Assembly: GCA_965113315.1 (NCBI GenBank)
Contig: OZ220372.1
Origin: Podarcis vaucheri
Taxonomy: Eukaryota
Strand: one strand, 5' to 3'
Length of the DNA stretch: 64,000 bases
Shown in pieces: positions 61,186-64,000 of this stretch. Position numbers and translations under genes: made by a program. Under the pieces are notes generated by a model that did no database searches, was not told the DNA's origin, and saw only the letters and a program-made list of their open reading frames with translations. Position 1 is the first letter of the stretch, and the number at the start of each line of letters is the position of its first letter.

Positions 61186-64000
61186 CTAGCAGTTGGTAGA
61201 GAAACAGAAAAAAGCAAGACATTCACAATTCAGAAGCTAGTGTGAGGAATGGGGAGGGGTTTAGGGACGAAAACACATCCTTACACTGCAAATATATGTA
61301 GATTAGTCCCTATTAGCCTGGTTATAAGCATGTGCAGGTGGTTTCAGGTAGAATCAAGCATTATCATTTGCATCAAAAACAGTATACATCCAACTTGATA
61401 GGGGATAGAGAAATGTATTCAGATATGTGATTCTGAATCTGCACTGTCAATATGTGCATATATTACTTGCTAAACTGGAGGATTAATGTACAGGATGTGG
61501 ATCAGGAACACAATGTATGTGTTTGGATAATCATATATTGGTTTATTAAACTGAAATATAAATACATTTTTTGTTATTTCAGACACTTTATTATTTTTTG
61601 GCAAACAATTTGGGAAGGCTTCCAATTAACTACATTTCCCCATTTCTTCCAAATTCAGAAGCAATGATTAATAGCTTCAGAGAAAGTTGGGATGTTCAGT
61701 CAACGTCATAGCAGAGTTTAACATCTTGGCTTGTTGAAAAGTTGTTAACTATACTGTCCTCATTTGGATGAAATAGGAAACATTGCTTAATTAGAGGTTG
61801 GCTAAAACCAAGGAAGAATAAAGGGGCTGTGCTGAATACACAGTCAGAAGGTTAATTTGTATCTCTGCTTATCAAGCTGAGATATAAGATCATCCAAAAT
61901 TTAATAAAAGATAACAATATTTTGGGGGGGGAGGGGGAGCAGAATTAAATTCCATTGACAGTCAGATAGATAGACAGCTTGTTAAACATTGATGTTGTTT
62001 AAGATGTCCGGGGAGATTAATAACTTTCCCATTTTTATTTGAATATAATGATTTTATATATTAGAATTATTTTCCCATGGAACATGAGTTCTGCCCATGA
62101 AGTACAGATCCTAAACACACCTTTGAAACAAGAAAACAATGTGTTTCCAAAAAAACAAATCCAGACTGTAGGAAAGGTACTGCTGTACATTTCAGAACTA
62201 CCTCCCATGCAAGTGTCTTCTTCAATACACCTCAAAGCCATGCTTCATGTATGTATATTGTAGCCATCTCTCTCAAGAGATGTGAAAACCGCTTGGTTGT
62301 AGCATCTCAAAGGAGGTTCTGCACTGAAATGTTGATTTTCCTTCTTTGTTCCATGGCAACCTCAATGCACATTTTAGGCAGTGTTGGTTAAGGCAGACTA
62401 CTAGACACATGGAATGCATTCTGAATAAGGCATGGAAACCCAAAAAGCTCTGTGTCTCTATTTGTTGTATAATACTTTTGAAAAAGCTTCAAAAGTCCTC
62501 TCTTTTTTTGGAGGGAACAGTGCTGGTTTCAGATTTTACATTGACTTTGGCAGCAGTGTTGCCTCTGCCCATTGAGAACCAGCCCTGCCATTAGGAAGAA
62601 AGAAGTGACTGCATTGGCCAGCAGATTTTGGCTGTCATGAAATGGCAGCCAACATTGTTGTTGTTGCTACAGAGAGGGATATTCTGCCTCAGGTGCCAAA
62701 ATAACCTAGCTGGCTTTGAATACTATGCTCCATGACTTGGGCACTATATGTTGTTATGTCTCAGGCAGGAACATGCCAACACTGTGCCCATTGGCTTTTC
62801 TCTCCCCCTAGGAATGAATCCATGCCACCTCCCAGAGGGAGAGGGCAAGGCATACAGAAAATACTTCTCCTTCACCTCAAACTTTTTATTTACTTAGAGA
62901 GGGTAGGTGAAAAGGTAGCAACACCAAGGAGGTGGAGCAACAGAAGACTCTAGGTTGAGGGGTCATCCCTGGACAATGTGCCTTGGCAATGACCCAACCG
63001 TGCCAACCCCTGACACCATCTTCCCTGGAATTCTTATCTTACCATTTCCCCCTTGGATAACTGAGCATCTTTATCATTGCTCCCACCACATTGACATAAG
63101 TATTCAGAGGGCTAAGGATTTAACTGATCCATGGAATCTGTATAATTCTTTTTCTCATGAATTTGAATTTATGAGAAAGGAAGCTCTCAAAAATGTATGT
63201 AGCTTTCTCATTAGTCTTTCTTATTATGAGGGACACATAAAATATATCAGATAGTCCAGGAAGAAGAAGAACAACAAAAGTGACAAGTTCCAACACCCTA
63301 ATATATAGGATAAACTCAGATGTAACATGAAACCATGGTCTGTTTAGCTAAAACTGTGGTTTGTTTTAACATTTGAGCTTCAGTCTACTCACAAGCTGTG
63401 GTTTGTTTGGCACTGACAAAGCAGGATCTGCAACCATGGTCTTAAGTTGTACCATATATATATTAACAAAAACCACAAAGTGTCTCTAGATCATAGCTTG
63501 TCTGAAAGTTCAGACCATGATGTGTGAACTTAACTATGGTGAGTACAAAACATTACTTCTCATTATGTCTAATCTCAGACACTGAATGAACCATAAAATC
63601 TCGAAAGAACTAGAAAAACAGAGCAGAGGATCAGCAATGAGATGTGCCAAATTTGTTTTGAAAGATACAATGGAGGGAAAACACATTTTATTATAAAGAA
63701 GTCAAATAAAGCACAAAACATCATGCCATCTGGGAAGTTCACAAAAAGATCGAAAGACAAGCAAAACAGAAACAGCACAAACCACAATAAATAAAAAATC
63801 CCAGATATGTAACTGTGGGATTTTGAAGCAATTAGCAAACCAAAGGAGGCATCAGCCAGATTGACAGAAAATATGGTATAAGCCACATCACATCTAATCA
63901 CAAATTAGGGGTTGTTAATAAATAAAATCCCGCCTACAATCTTAATGCAGATGGTGCCACAAAAAGAAGCCATATATCAAAAGCTGAGCAGAATATAAAT

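Noticed and set aside
62035-62241. Minus-strand ORF as the MGAT4C first coding exon
   Set aside because: It lacks the expected basic N-terminus, transmembrane segment and YIEDSYVL-type sequence. That exon is probably beyond the window.
1-64000. Prokaryotic-type systems (CRISPR arrays, operons, defence islands)
   Set aside because: Spliced vertebrate genes and squamate repeats throughout. No regularly spaced repeat-spacer array was seen.

Overview
Vertebrate genomic DNA, not prokaryotic. The repeat content (Sauria SINE, BovB, CR1, L2, Rex/Babar, Penelope) points to a squamate, probably a lacertid lizard. The window covers the conserved RASSF9-NTS-MGAT4C block. It holds coding exon 1 of RASSF9 (minus strand, 3986-4032), the complete four-exon neurotensin/neuromedin N precursor gene NTS (plus strand, CDS 22525-35812, 167 aa), and the last two coding exons of MGAT4C (minus strand, 58091-61185). 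The rest is introns and intergenic DNA dense in transposable elements and microsatellites, and most ORFs in the supplied track are spurious. The main oddities are five. (1) A Rex/Babar LINE 3' end in NTS intron 3 is in frame with exon 3, with a candidate acceptor and AATAAA, so it could act as an alternative last exon. (2) A young hAT element with three termini carries about 730 bp of CpG-island-like cargo (Pack-TIR-like), and a second element shows similar architecture. (3) A Sauria SINE shows a twin-priming-type 5' inversion. (4) A Penelope end carries a degenerate hammerhead ribozyme. (5) There is a perfect 59-bp inverted repeat. All family names come from motif recognition by eye, without database searches.
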